A DNA stretch of 37,460 nucleotides from a virus (taxonomy: Duplodnaviria; Caudoviricetes), in the IMG/VR virus record IMGVR_UViG_3300032259_000009, positions 1 through 37,460 of that record, one strand, 5' to 3'. A program made the translations under genes and the position numbers. Positions 1 through 9,266 of this stretch are shown here, piece after piece. Position 1 is the stretch's first letter. Each line of letters begins with the position of its first letter. A model generated the notes under the pieces. It had not been told where the DNA came from. It made no database searches and worked only from the letters and a program-made list of their open reading frames with translations.

Positions 1-92
1 GGACTTGGGCAGATTACCGGTTAAGCAAGATGATCCCGCCCCTACCGACCAAGCGGCACAATTTAGGGGCCAGCGCAGTCCAGGAATCTCCA
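1..92 (+). ncRNA. Copy 3 of the stem-UCCA RNA element (5' strand starts at 37454, across the junction)
   Basis: GGTTTTT(37454-37460)GGACT(1-5) pairs with AGTCCAGGAATC(77-88), followed by TCCA(89-92). Internal stem GCCCCTA(38-44)/TAGGGGC(64-70). Confidence 0.5.
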
Positions 93-97
93 CATAG
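1..97 (+). CDS. 3' part of a 54-aa ORF that begins at 37393 and crosses the end-to-start junction
   Basis: Reading on from 37393 (…ERF, TT+G = Leu), the frame stays open as DLGRLPVKQDDPAPTDQAAQFRGQRSPGIST-TAG(95-97). It shares the GQRSPGIS ending with ORF 36851-37072. Depends on circularity. Confidence 0.5.
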   Translation, partial: DLGRLPVKQDDPAPTDQAAQFRGQRSPGIST

Positions 98-109
98 GTG
101 AAGATATGA
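68..109 (+). repeat. Dispersed repeat GGCCAGCGCAGTCCAGGAATCTCCAYATAGGTGAAGATATGA
   Basis: 41/42 identical to 37043-37084. The core is also at 31853-31884. Confidence 0.95.
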
Positions 110-158
110 GTGACAATGAGAAAATGACATGTCAGGCCAATAGAGATGGTGAGTTAAT

Positions 159-187
159 GGCAGGGCGGCGTCCATGCCACCGCTGCC
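159..187. terminator. Imperfect GC-rich hairpin where early (+) and late (-) transcription converge
   Basis: GGCAGGGCGGCG-TCCA-TGCCACCGCTGCC just past the stop of the last lysis gene. U-tracts are weak. Confidence 0.4.
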
Positions 188-192
188 TTGAT

Positions 193-624
193 TTAATAAC
201 CGTACATCACTACAGCGTCATCAATCCAAGATAACACCGCATCGACCTTAACCGCTTTCTCAGGATCTAGGATACCGTCACCAACGCGCTTTGATATCTC
301 TAGTTTAACCACGTCAATCAACATGTTGACCATAATCACATCGCCACGATCAAGCACCAGGTTGTCGATTTTCGCGCGTACTGACTTTTCGATTTCTGCC
401 ACCGTTGTCGATTCATTGCCCTGCACCAGATCCCTGGCCGCGCTGATGATTTCGTGCATACGCTGGCCACGCAATGCTGGGTCCTTTGAATTATCCAACA
501 CCTTCAATGTTGCCAGTTGAACAGCAATCTTTGGGCCAGTATCGTTAGCGCCTATATTCAGGCCGGCGCAAGCGGTAACCATCACGAACACTGCAGAAAT
601 AAAAAGTAGTTTAATCAATTTCAT
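193..624 (-). CDS. Lipoprotein at the end of the lysis cassette (spanin-position gene)
   Basis: MKLIK + hydrophobic stretch + VTA|C lipobox, RBS GGAAGGTG, follows endolysin and holin. Confidence 0.7.
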   Translation of the reverse strand: MKLIKLLFISAVFVMVTACAGLNIGANDTGPKIAVQLATLKVLDNSKDPALRGQRMHEIISAARDLVQGNESTTVAEIEKSVRAKIDNLVLDRGDVIMVNMLIDVVKLEISKRVGDGILDPEKAVKVDAVLSWIDDAVVMYGY

Positions 625-650
625 TGCTCACCTTCCTAGTTAAAAAGTTT

Positions 651-857
651 TTACTCGATCATGTGTGTGGCTTTCAGTCTGCCGCGCCACCCCAGGAAAC
701 CGGATATTAATGTAACAACACCGATAATAGTACCCGTAACGGCATCAACCATTTCAGGTGCAATCTGGTAACCAACAACTGACAACAAACTGACAGCCGC
801 CGTCACAACACCAGAAACATAGCCTTGCGATTCCCATTTTGATTTTACTCTGTTCAC
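651..857 (-). CDS. Putative holin, 68 aa, 2 TM (GTG start)
   Basis: AGGAGG 6 nt before GTG at 857, two hydrophobic segments, basic C-terminus WRGRLKA, adjacent to endolysin. The longer 651-1004 call overlaps the endolysin. Confidence 0.7.
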   Translation of the reverse strand: MNRVKSKWESQGYVSGVVTAAVSLLSVVGYQIAPEMVDAVTGTIIGVVTLISGFLGWRGRLKATHMIE

Positions 858-876
858 TTCGTACCTCCTTTCGTTG

Positions 877-1302
877 TTATAAAAGCTGAAAATGCACCAG
901 ATCATCAAATGTCTGATCAGACAGATAATGATCCCGATCCCAATCACCACCCCAACGAATAGAGATGCCCATCTCTCTTGCTTTAGCATGGACAATACCC
1001 GCAAAGTAGTAAAACTGATTTAGATCCTTGATGTATGTATCGCTGCCAGGTACCGGCCATGGTATGCCTTTTATCTCGCCCAGGTACGGCCCAACATCAA
1101 CGGCGTTGCTCGGTGACACGTTATGCTTCCCAAATTTAACCTTGGATCGCTTGGCATAGTATAGATCGATCTGTACTGATGGCGGCCTGTACCCCTCGAT
1201 GACCGTGCAATCGTGGACCTTGATGACTTCCATAAATAAGGCCTGCAGCCATGGGTGACAGGTATCCAGTTGCGCCTGTGATTTTTTAGAAAATGAAGCC
1301 AC
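877..1302 (-). CDS. Endolysin, M15-family zinc peptidase (T5-type L-Ala-D-Glu peptidase)
   Basis: Motifs EGYR…Q, KH…SNAVD, IRWGGDWD…DLVHFQL. Confidence 0.9.
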   Translation of the reverse strand: MASFSKKSQAQLDTCHPWLQALFMEVIKVHDCTVIEGYRPPSVQIDLYYAKRSKVKFGKHNVSPSNAVDVGPYLGEIKGIPWPVPGSDTYIKDLNQFYYFAGIVHAKAREMGISIRWGGDWDRDHYLSDQTFDDLVHFQLL

Positions 1303-1304
1303 TA

Positions 1305-1550
1305 TTACCCGCTTTTTGGTTTTATAAAAGCATGGTAGACAGCGGTGGCAATACCGCCAAGTATTGAAATAATGCCCCAGCCAAAAACCTGCGTCTTAAT
1401 CTTTTCCCATCGCTCTTGTTTTCGCTGTTCGCGCGCGATCATCATTCCAACAAACTGATGGTGTTCGCTATGCAACTCGTTATCGATCCGAGATCTTGTT
1501 TCAAGTACATTATGCAACACTGACTCAATGTCATCTTTTGTTAAGCTCAC
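1305..1550 (-). CDS. Small protein with a C-terminal TM segment (holin/antiholin-like)
   Basis: Coiled N-terminus then VFGWGIISILGGIATAVYHAF; first gene of the lysis cassette. Confidence 0.65.
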   Translation of the reverse strand: MSLTKDDIESVLHNVLETRSRIDNELHSEHHQFVGMMIAREQRKQERWEKIKTQVFGWGIISILGGIATAVYHAFIKPKSG

Positions 1551-1605
1551 AGTGTTTCCCTTATCGTTATTTTATTATCACAGGCCTTGTGGTAAGGTCC
1601 AGCCG

Positions 1606-1851
1606 ATGGATTTCCATGCCTTCTTTGTTAATTTTGACAACTACCTGAGATGTCTTTTTGCCTTCATCGTGTATCTAACGCTGATCGCCATACCGGCGGC
1701 AAAACTAACCATACTCGTTGCCAGAGAAACAGGAAACAAGCTCAATGGATCTGATATTTGGTGGTTCGACCTAATCGGCGTACTACTTCGATTGTCAACG
1801 GCGACCGTGTTTATTGCGCTATCACTCATGCCGATCATTTTGTTTTTTTAA
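1606..1851 (+). CDS. 81-aa two-TM membrane protein antisense to the late operon (superinfection-exclusion candidate)
   Basis: ATG at 1606, two hydrophobic helices, possible extended -10 TGgTAAGGT ending at 1598, convergent with the 2190-aa gene. Confidence 0.5.
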   Translation: MDFHAFFVNFDNYLRCLFAFIVYLTLIAIPAAKLTILVARETGNKLNGSDIWWFDLIGVLLRLSTATVFIALSLMPIILFF

Positions 1852-4800
1852 CCTCGGCATTGAGATTATCGAAAGCCTCTGAAAATACCTTGTTTTTCAT
1901 TATCTGCAAGCGGTCACGCTCGTTGGCTTTTTCTAGTGGCGATAAATCAGGATTGCGATATATCTGAACCATGGCGTTGTTAATTGCCCGAACCTTCTTG
2001 TTTATATTGCTGGTTGCCTTTTCGAGCGAGTACAACGGATCGGTGGCGTGCATTTCTGCCAGCGGTGCGTTCTGCCTTAACATCATTTCTTTACCGGTCC
2101 TAACAACCATGTGCGCATCGTGCGCCAAATCATAGAAAGCTTTTTGTTCTATGGTATTTTTCAGCGGGTGCTTGACCATGAACTTACGGGCTACCGGCCA
2201 TTCCTCCAAGCGCCACTTGGGCAGCTGGTCACCGTACAGGATTTCATCCGATATCATCAGGCCGTACATGCCCCACGTATTGAAATACCCACGGATTAAG
2301 GCCTCTGCGCGCCTCGGTGAAAATTGCAGCTCTTTAGGTAGGCCGGCCGTTTTCTCTGCCAGTCGCTGCAATGTCACGCTGGTATATGGCGACGACTGCG
2401 CATAAGGCATAAGGTCTTTTTGGCGGTCCGGAATAATCTGTCTACGTGTAAACCGGTTCTCATTCAGGGCATAGACTTCATATAGTGGCTCAAAAAATTG
2501 CGATGCCCAGTCCAGGCTAAACATGTTTACGAAAATTTCCTGCAGGTGCTTAGCGTATTTGGCACCATCCTTGTAACCCTTTTCAACCGAATCAAGATAC
2601 GCTCCGACGCTACGCTCCGCAGCCGATGATAGCGCGCCTATTTCCCATATCTTCGGAAAGTGTAGGTGTGTGTACTTTGACTCGCAACCGCCATCTTGAC
2701 CGGTAGGCACGAATACATGCCAATATGTATCTTTCTGCCAGTCCTCAAGGGATTCATAGCATGGATTTCCACGGTTGACGGCATACAGCCAGGCCGATAA
2801 AACGGCTAAAGCTCCTGACTTGGCCATGATGGCATGCCGGTTGGTATCGCGCGTGAAACCTCGATACACGCGGTCCAGGCTGTTAGCGCCGGCTTTCAAA
2901 AACATCACCGTATTGTATAGCCTGTTCATGGATATATCGTCACCGCGCATGGAAAAGTCGGTGGATATCTCCCGTGCCAGATATGCCGCTTCGCGCACCG
3001 GTCGGCCGCGCATTGTTGCTCGACGGAACTCACCCAGGCGCGTACTCATTTCAGCCGCATCGGCCAACAGCTCGAGGCCCAGCAGGACCCGCTGCGGCGT
3101 GTGCATCACCAGCCGCCAGTTGATATGCCGCGATTCGTAAAAATGCTTGATATGATCTTCAAAGGCTACCGGATCCAGCAGGTACGACGACATGCCGCCA
3201 CCGTTGGCGATAAACGCCCGATAATTAGCATTACGCGACAAGCGCGACCACATACCCAATGCGGAATCTATGCCAGGCTTAAATCCATTTTGCGAAAATA
3301 TAAACGAGTGCATCGCATCCCGCCACATATTTGCAGTTGCGAAATCCAGCGTTAGCGTGACGGTGCTTTGACCAATCCGGCGAACGGCATTAGCGAAGCG
3401 CCAGAATTTGCCATGGTCGAATTTCCGGTTAAGCGACACATAGGCGCGATACAACAGCGGATCCGCGACCTCATAGTATTCTGTCTTGCCATCGCGCTTG
3501 ACGGCTATCACATTATCGCCTTTCGGTGTCTGGCCATGGATCCAAAAACCCACCATATCACTGAGATTCAGCTTGACTTCTTCGAGCATGGCATCAATGG
3601 TCGGATCGCCCTGGCCCATTTTTGCGGCGCGATTGTACTGCGCAGGATCCAATCCGAGGCCCTCCAGAAACGCATTGATTACCTGGTCCTTGTCGATCTG
3701 CACCTTGGCGTTATCGGTCGGGATCCTCTCGATGAACTTGCCGGCGTTCTCGCGCATAGCGTAATCGACGATCTTCAGCCGGGCGCGATTCTTTACACCC
3801 TCACTTATGATCCGCGTGGCATTGGCCGTCATGTTTTCCACAATATCATTGAGATTAGCCGTGCCTCCACGTAAGGCCTTGAACGGCTGTATATTTCCTT
3901 CGATACCCTTTTGTCTCTTGGTGCTGCCCTTCTGACCTACACGATAAAACGGGATATACAGATCGCGCTTAAACTTCGCACGCTGCTTCCGCGTTAGGAT
4001 TTGCGTTTGTTCTGCAAAATCAAGTATTGCGTTATTCCATTTTAGCCAGTCCTGAAACGCTGCCTCGAAGTGCGGCTTGCCTTTCCCGAGCTCTAACCCG
4101 GCATTGATCATATCCGGCTTAATTAGATTCTCTCGGCCCTGCTTCATCAGCTCGCTAGCTGACCGTGCGGTAACGTAGAGCTTCCAATCGTCCAACTCAT
4201 GTGACACCGGTTTTAGCACATCACGCAGCCCCCACGATTTGAACTTGGGGTTATCAACGGCCTTACCTTTTGAGTTGATCAAAAACGATGGCTCACCGTT
4301 ACGGTCGATGTAGTTCCATTCACCTTCACCAAGGATCCTGGGCGGTCCGTATTTCATGCTACCTTCAACAGCCGATGCTATGGCGCGCGACAGCCTGGCT
4401 TCCTGGTACGGACCCAGCGCAATAGCATCATCCTCACCAGTGACAGCCGTTTCGTACTTGAGCAAACCGTGTAAATCATCCAGAAAGGCCTGCCGGAATC
4501 GGTCATAAACGGTGTCCATGGTGTCTGTGTAAATCTTGGCTGTATCATCGCCACCATATATTGAACGTAACCGATCACGACTACTTTGCGCGTACCATGC
4601 TGACATACCCTGTTGCGCTTTCAGTATGGCCTTGCCATAGGGCGAATTGGGTATAAACTCAGTTTCCCAATACTTTGTAAATTCCGGCGCAACTTCCTGG
4701 GCATATTCCGGTGTAGTCATCCAGTGCCTGACAAATTCGGCAAATCCCTCGTGCAACTTCTTTGCATCATATGACACGCCTCTAAGCTCACGCGCGAAAG

Positions 4801-7800
4801 TCTCCCAGTTTTTATGTTTGCCACGGATCCACGGTTGACTCGATTTACTGCCACCGCGACCCTTGACGCGCCAGGTTGTATCATCAATATAGTGGGCCAG
4901 CTCATGCGCCGTTGTTTCAAGATCATTCATGTGCCGTATCCGGGTAGCGCGGCGCTTCGGCCCAAAGTAACCCATTGTACGTTCCATACCACGGCCCTTG
5001 ACGCGGCCCTGGTACAGCGTGGTGTTCAGTGCTTTCAGGAATGGCCGGATGATCTGCTCACGGCGTATCGGCTTTTTGCGATCAATGACTGACTCGTCAT
5101 ATTCCGAGTCAATAAATCCAGCGTATGTTTCGCCAGGACCTTTCTCTTTCGGGCGCTCACTCCGGAACTTGCTGCCGGTGGTAACCGAGCCACCACTTTC
5201 CATAATGCTTACTGGTTCGTTATTGCTATCAAAATAAAAAGCATCCAACACCTTGACGTTGGCTGCTGATAGCATATTACCCATGTTAAGCCTGGCTTCA
5301 TTTTCTCCGGTATCGTCTGTCTCTGTTTTGATGATAGCCGCAGCAGCGTTAGATTCGTGTACTGCGTTCAATACTTTTCGCAGACCGGCACCCTCGTTGT
5401 TCCTCAAGTAATTCATTTCCTCTTTGGAAACAGGTAAAAAACCAATAACACGGTGCCTGTTGTCTAACAATAAAACCCCAACCCCTTTATAGTCTCGAAT
5501 TATATCTTTTGCCTTATCCGGTGACGTTACTTCTCTGTTCGCTTTTACACGCTTACGCATAACGCGTTCAGTCACAGGTACGGTTTTCCCTCTAGGCCTT
5601 GCTGTAATCGTAAGTTTGGTTACTTTTCCATCTTCGTCCCGGGGTAAAAAACTTGCCTCTCTACCGATACCAAGGACTACGTGGCCCTTAAACTCAATAC
5701 CTGAGCCATCCAGTAAATCGCGTAGTTTCGCCGTCAAATTTGTGTCTGCGCTACTTGGCGTCGATTCTCCTGACGGGTGATTGTGTGCATAATAGACGCT
5801 CTTGGCGTCAGGAATAGATAAAACAGCCCCTGACATAGTACCGGGATCCACGGTAGCGCCATCCTTTACACCCAATGCCCCACGTAAAACGGTAATCGGT
5901 TTATTGTTTGCGTCCAGCACAAGCGCCAGGAAATTCTCTTGTGGGTGTCGTCGATATGATGCTACTGCGTGCGCGGCATCCTCAGCTGTATTTACTGTGT
6001 CCACACCAATATTGATTTTTCCTGTTTCTTCCAACTTGACCTTTACATTAAAATCGTTTTTGGCGTCCTCGATATTTTTAGGCTTCCCAGCTGCTGGCTC
6101 TTTCGGTGCTGATTCAGAATCGGCTATAGACTCGGATACTTTCTCACCATCGATCTTGTCGATCATGATATTGAAGCGTTTTTCCAGCTCGTCCTGCGAT
6201 ATATGCAGTTTTTTGTCCATTGCCTCCTTTGTGCGCTCGGGCCCGGCTTCATCTATGGCATTGCGCGCATTCATGATCGCCACTTTCACGGATCCCGCCG
6301 GCTTACCTACGCCAAAGCCTGTGTCTTTATGAATTGCCCTGTACTTACCGGCACTGTTCTTTCCGACAAAAAACAGGTGACCATTAATTTCTACCTCGTG
6401 TGTATCCGTGTAAAGCTGGGCACCATTGTTGGCGTCCTGGCCAAAAGCAATATTTCCAGTCAGCTTTCCCATTTCGTAGGCGTTACGGTATTCACCTGCA
6501 GCCAAGAACTCATGTGCGGAATAACCTTTTTTTTGAAAATTTCCGCCGGATGGTGCAATGGGTTTATTTTTCGGCTCGTTGAAGCCTGGGCTTGCCGATA
6601 CCTTCCGCCTGAACGCTGTAAGATTAGCCTTAGTATTCAATACCTTGAATTTTCCATCACCAGGTACATCAAACACGACATGGCCAATCTCGTCATAGTA
6701 TGAATGTGGTTTTTTGGCCTCAACTTCGCGGTCCGGTGCTTTCTTGATGGCAGAATCGATATCTTTCATGATCCCGGCCCGAGCTTTTTTTAGGTCCAGT
6801 GGCGTGTTTGCGGCGCTCTCAATAACGGCATCTGTGATCACTGCAGGTGTGGCTGGCTCTGACTGGTCGCCCTCAATGTGCGTGGCGGTTTGTGGTGGGT
6901 TCGATACGTCTGCAGAATCTACTGGCGTGGCTAACTGTCCAGTGTGTTCACGATAGGCTGTATAGCCATCATCGTAGGCTCCCCACTGGCTTTCGGGTAA
7001 GTAACTGCCATCATCTGCCTTTCCGGCTGCTGCATCATCCCAGCCAGCATTGAATCCAGGAGCATCGACCAACGATCTGTTTTCGCCTCGGTACTCGATC
7101 AGCTTGGCCTTGCGTGCGGCGGCATCTTTAGCCGGCCTGTTGGTTTTCGGGGCCTGCACTGGTACCGCCTTATTAGGCACTAATTGGTCACCAGATGGTG
7201 CGTTATCCGGCCGGATTGGCTCATTGCTGACGCTCTCGGCGGCTTTCTCGGCCGGGGATGCCATCACCTGCGCATGGCTCGGGTTAAGGGCTTCACGCGC
7301 CTTCTCCTGCGCTGATTGGGTAGGGTATGCGGCATCGACGTTGCGCTGCATTTCGCGGCCGACCCCGCGAAGGCCTCTGTTATTAAGATGGTCTATGTAA
7401 CTGGATATACCGGCCTGTGGCCCGCCTGCCAGCACGGTCGATGCCGATGTCAGTGCGATGGTGTCTATAACGTCCTCGGCCGTCACGTCATCCCTCATGC
7501 CGTGAAACCACTCACTGAGTATCTGCCCAACCTCGGATATGTTTTCGCCTGGCAGCTCCGCAGCCATGAAGTTGACAAGGCGCTTAAAAGGCCCGGTGCC
7601 AGTGTTAAACAGCACCTTGGCCGGAATGTACTCGGTACCTGACTCAAGCAGGCCGGACACAGCCGCATGTCGCAAAGCCTTGTCATTCGGCAATCCGGAT
7701 TCTTTAGCGTCAGCATAGGCCTGTCCGGCTGTAATGATACCGAACGAGGCGATAAGCGGGTGCGGGGATCTGGTCAAGGCACCGACAACAACGCCGGGCG

Positions 7801-8407
7801 TCATCTGCCCAAGCGAAACGCCGGCACTACTAACGGCCTGCTGCCAGAATGTTTGTCCTGTAGGGGTAATATTTTTGATACGCCTTTCGGCCTCAGATGC
7901 CATCTGCTGGCCTTTCTCTGCCTGGGCTATAGCCTGTGCTGTCTGCTGGCTTTTCTGCCGCCTCATGGCCTCTGACTTGGGTTCATAGCCTGGCGGAAAC
8001 GGTATACCAAAGGGCACGCGGCCAAGGTCACCCTGGGCCTCCATTAACCCGCCGGCACCGCGCTTCATACCCTTCGCGGTCAGCTCGGGTATTGCCTTAA
8101 GTGTTTCCATCCACTTTTCAGCGTCAAACGGCGGTTGCACCTGTTTCAAGCCGTGATCATATAGCGCAGCATTGACAGGATCGTTTACCGGGCCCGTTTC
8201 CAAGCTCATTTCGTTGCCTGGTTGGCCAGGGATATTCAGCGGCTCCTGACGCAGCTCCAAGCCTACATCTTTGGCAAAGGTCTGAAATTCGATATCAGCA
8301 CCCGTTTCGGCCTTGTATTGCTCATGCAATGCCTGGGTTATCTCGTAATCAGAATATTTGACCAGTCCGGGCTCTTTCTTCTTGGCCTGTTCCAGATAGT
8401 TTGCCAT
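1835..8407 (-). CDS. Large ejection/internal virion polyvalent protein (LPD38-like C-terminus, JAB/RadC domains, HExxH metallopeptidase-like motif)
   Basis: 2190 aa, last of three genes in the ejection-protein position. HNHPSGESTPSSAD JAB motif near 5745-5786 and HELAH near 4892-4906. C-terminal AREISTDFSMRG…WQKDTYWH…PKIWEIG pattern resembles LPD38. Confidence 0.8.
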   Translation of the reverse strand: MANYLEQAKKKEPGLVKYSDYEITQALHEQYKAETGADIEFQTFAKDVGLELRQEPLNIPGQPGNEMSLETGPVNDPVNAALYDHGLKQVQPPFDAEKWMETLKAIPELTAKGMKRGAGGLMEAQGDLGRVPFGIPFPPGYEPKSEAMRRQKSQQTAQAIAQAEKGQQMASEAERRIKNITPTGQTFWQQAVSSAGVSLGQMTPGVVVGALTRSPHPLIASFGIITAGQAYADAKESGLPNDKALRHAAVSGLLESGTEYIPAKVLFNTGTGPFKRLVNFMAAELPGENISEVGQILSEWFHGMRDDVTAEDVIDTIALTSASTVLAGGPQAGISSYIDHLNNRGLRGVGREMQRNVDAAYPTQSAQEKAREALNPSHAQVMASPAEKAAESVSNEPIRPDNAPSGDQLVPNKAVPVQAPKTNRPAKDAAARKAKLIEYRGENRSLVDAPGFNAGWDDAAAGKADDGSYLPESQWGAYDDGYTAYREHTGQLATPVDSADVSNPPQTATHIEGDQSEPATPAVITDAVIESAANTPLDLKKARAGIMKDIDSAIKKAPDREVEAKKPHSYYDEIGHVVFDVPGDGKFKVLNTKANLTAFRRKVSASPGFNEPKNKPIAPSGGNFQKKGYSAHEFLAAGEYRNAYEMGKLTGNIAFGQDANNGAQLYTDTHEVEINGHLFFVGKNSAGKYRAIHKDTGFGVGKPAGSVKVAIMNARNAIDEAGPERTKEAMDKKLHISQDELEKRFNIMIDKIDGEKVSESIADSESAPKEPAAGKPKNIEDAKNDFNVKVKLEETGKINIGVDTVNTAEDAAHAVASYRRHPQENFLALVLDANNKPITVLRGALGVKDGATVDPGTMSGAVLSIPDAKSVYYAHNHPSGESTPSSADTNLTAKLRDLLDGSGIEFKGHVVLGIGREASFLPRDEDGKVTKLTITARPRGKTVPVTERVMRKRVKANREVTSPDKAKDIIRDYKGVGVLLLDNRHRVIGFLPVSKEEMNYLRNNEGAGLRKVLNAVHESNAAAAIIKTETDDTGENEARLNMGNMLSAANVKVLDAFYFDSNNEPVSIMESGGSVTTGSKFRSERPKEKGPGETYAGFIDSEYDESVIDRKKPIRREQIIRPFLKALNTTLYQGRVKGRGMERTMGYFGPKRRATRIRHMNDLETTAHELAHYIDDTTWRVKGRGGSKSSQPWIRGKHKNWETFARELRGVSYDAKKLHEGFAEFVRHWMTTPEYAQEVAPEFTKYWETEFIPNSPYGKAILKAQQGMSAWYAQSSRDRLRSIYGGDDTAKIYTDTMDTVYDRFRQAFLDDLHGLLKYETAVTGEDDAIALGPYQEARLSRAIASAVEGSMKYGPPRILGEGEWNYIDRNGEPSFLINSKGKAVDNPKFKSWGLRDVLKPVSHELDDWKLYVTARSASELMKQGRENLIKPDMINAGLELGKGKPHFEAAFQDWLKWNNAILDFAEQTQILTRKQRAKFKRDLYIPFYRVGQKGSTKRQKGIEGNIQPFKALRGGTANLNDIVENMTANATRIISEGVKNRARLKIVDYAMRENAGKFIERIPTDNAKVQIDKDQVINAFLEGLGLDPAQYNRAAKMGQGDPTIDAMLEEVKLNLSDMVGFWIHGQTPKGDNVIAVKRDGKTEYYEVADPLLYRAYVSLNRKFDHGKFWRFANAVRRIGQSTVTLTLDFATANMWRDAMHSFIFSQNGFKPGIDSALGMWSRLSRNANYRAFIANGGGMSSYLLDPVAFEDHIKHFYESRHINWRLVMHTPQRVLLGLELLADAAEMSTRLGEFRRATMRGRPVREAAYLAREISTDFSMRGDDISMNRLYNTVMFLKAGANSLDRVYRGFTRDTNRHAIMAKSGALAVLSAWLYAVNRGNPCYESLEDWQKDTYWHVFVPTGQDGGCESKYTHLHFPKIWEIGALSSAAERSVGAYLDSVEKGYKDGAKYAKHLQEIFVNMFSLDWASQFFEPLYEVYALNENRFTRRQIIPDRQKDLMPYAQSSPYTSVTLQRLAEKTAGLPKELQFSPRRAEALIRGYFNTWGMYGLMISDEILYGDQLPKWRLEEWPVARKFMVKHPLKNTIEQKAFYDLAHDAHMVVRTGKEMMLRQNAPLAEMHATDPLYSLEKATSNINKKVRAINNAMVQIYRNPDLSPLEKANERDRLQIMKNKVFSEAFDNLNAEVKKTK

Positions 8408-9255
8408 TAGCGTGGCCCGTATTTATTTTCTAGCCAATCCAGCGTAGTTGGTGGCTTCTGCGCCCCCTGCGCTGGTGCATCCGGTAGATCAATTTGATAC
8501 TTTTCAAGCGCCTCATAAGCAGCATCATTAGCCATTTTGTAATTTTCCCGGTACTTATCCTTCCATATTTTCTTGGCCTCACGCTGTACGGCGGTGGCCA
8601 GGGCGGCTAACTTGGTATCTTTGAGCACAAAAAGCTCATCCTGGGGGTTCCAAATACCTTCACCACCAAAAGCGCCGGCAATGGTTGTGCCTATACTCTT
8701 CACCACTTGCCGGTATTCTGCTGGCTTGATATCAGTTGATCCGCCGCCAGGGACTGTACCGGTAACCTTTCCGTCAACCACGATCGCCTCACCGGGTTTG
8801 GCCGTTGTGACAGTTGGTTTTGCTGGCTTATCAACAGAAATGCCGACTGCTGCGCTAACCTGCTTAAACAGTGCGGCTACCATCGGCCCAAATTGTGCGT
8901 TATCCATAGCCAACAGCCGCTGCAGATCCTCTCGATCCTTTGGCTCCACGGCAAGCGGGGTAAGCTCAGTCTGCAGGAAGGCCTTGGCCTGCTCAGGCGT
9001 TTTCTGCTGAATCGCCGCCGCCAGGACCGGGTAATAGGCCGCCGCCTTTTGTTTCTTGCCCCGATCAGTGCTGTAATCTTCCAGCTTGGTCTGACCACCC
9101 ACCAGGTTGAGCTGGTTGATCTTATCGCTGGTCTGCGCCCCTGCAATGTTCTGCATTGTGGCCTGCTGGTTAAGGGCGTTGGTTTTGCCAGCCTGGTACC
9201 GATCGACAAAATCGATAGGCCGTCCACCTGCTGCAATCAGTTGATTTATAGCCAT
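8407..9255 (-). CDS. Putative ejection (DNA transfer) protein
   Basis: 282 aa, Ala/Gln-rich, lies between the pilot-like gene and the large ejection gene with a stop/start overlap. Confidence 0.6.
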   Translation of the reverse strand: MAINQLIAAGGRPIDFVDRYQAGKTNALNQQATMQNIAGAQTSDKINQLNLVGGQTKLEDYSTDRGKKQKAAAYYPVLAAAIQQKTPEQAKAFLQTELTPLAVEPKDREDLQRLLAMDNAQFGPMVAALFKQVSAAVGISVDKPAKPTVTTAKPGEAIVVDGKVTGTVPGGGSTDIKPAEYRQVVKSIGTTIAGAFGGEGIWNPQDELFVLKDTKLAALATAVQREAKKIWKDKYRENYKMANDAAYEALEKYQIDLPDAPAQGAQKPPTTLDWLENKYGPR

Positions 9256-9266
9256 TTATCTGCTCC

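Noticed and set aside
1641-1838. 65-aa minus-strand ORF coupled to the 2190-aa gene
   Set aside because: It has an ATGA overlap but unconvincing composition, and the opposite-strand two-TM ORF looks more gene-like. Not fully excluded.
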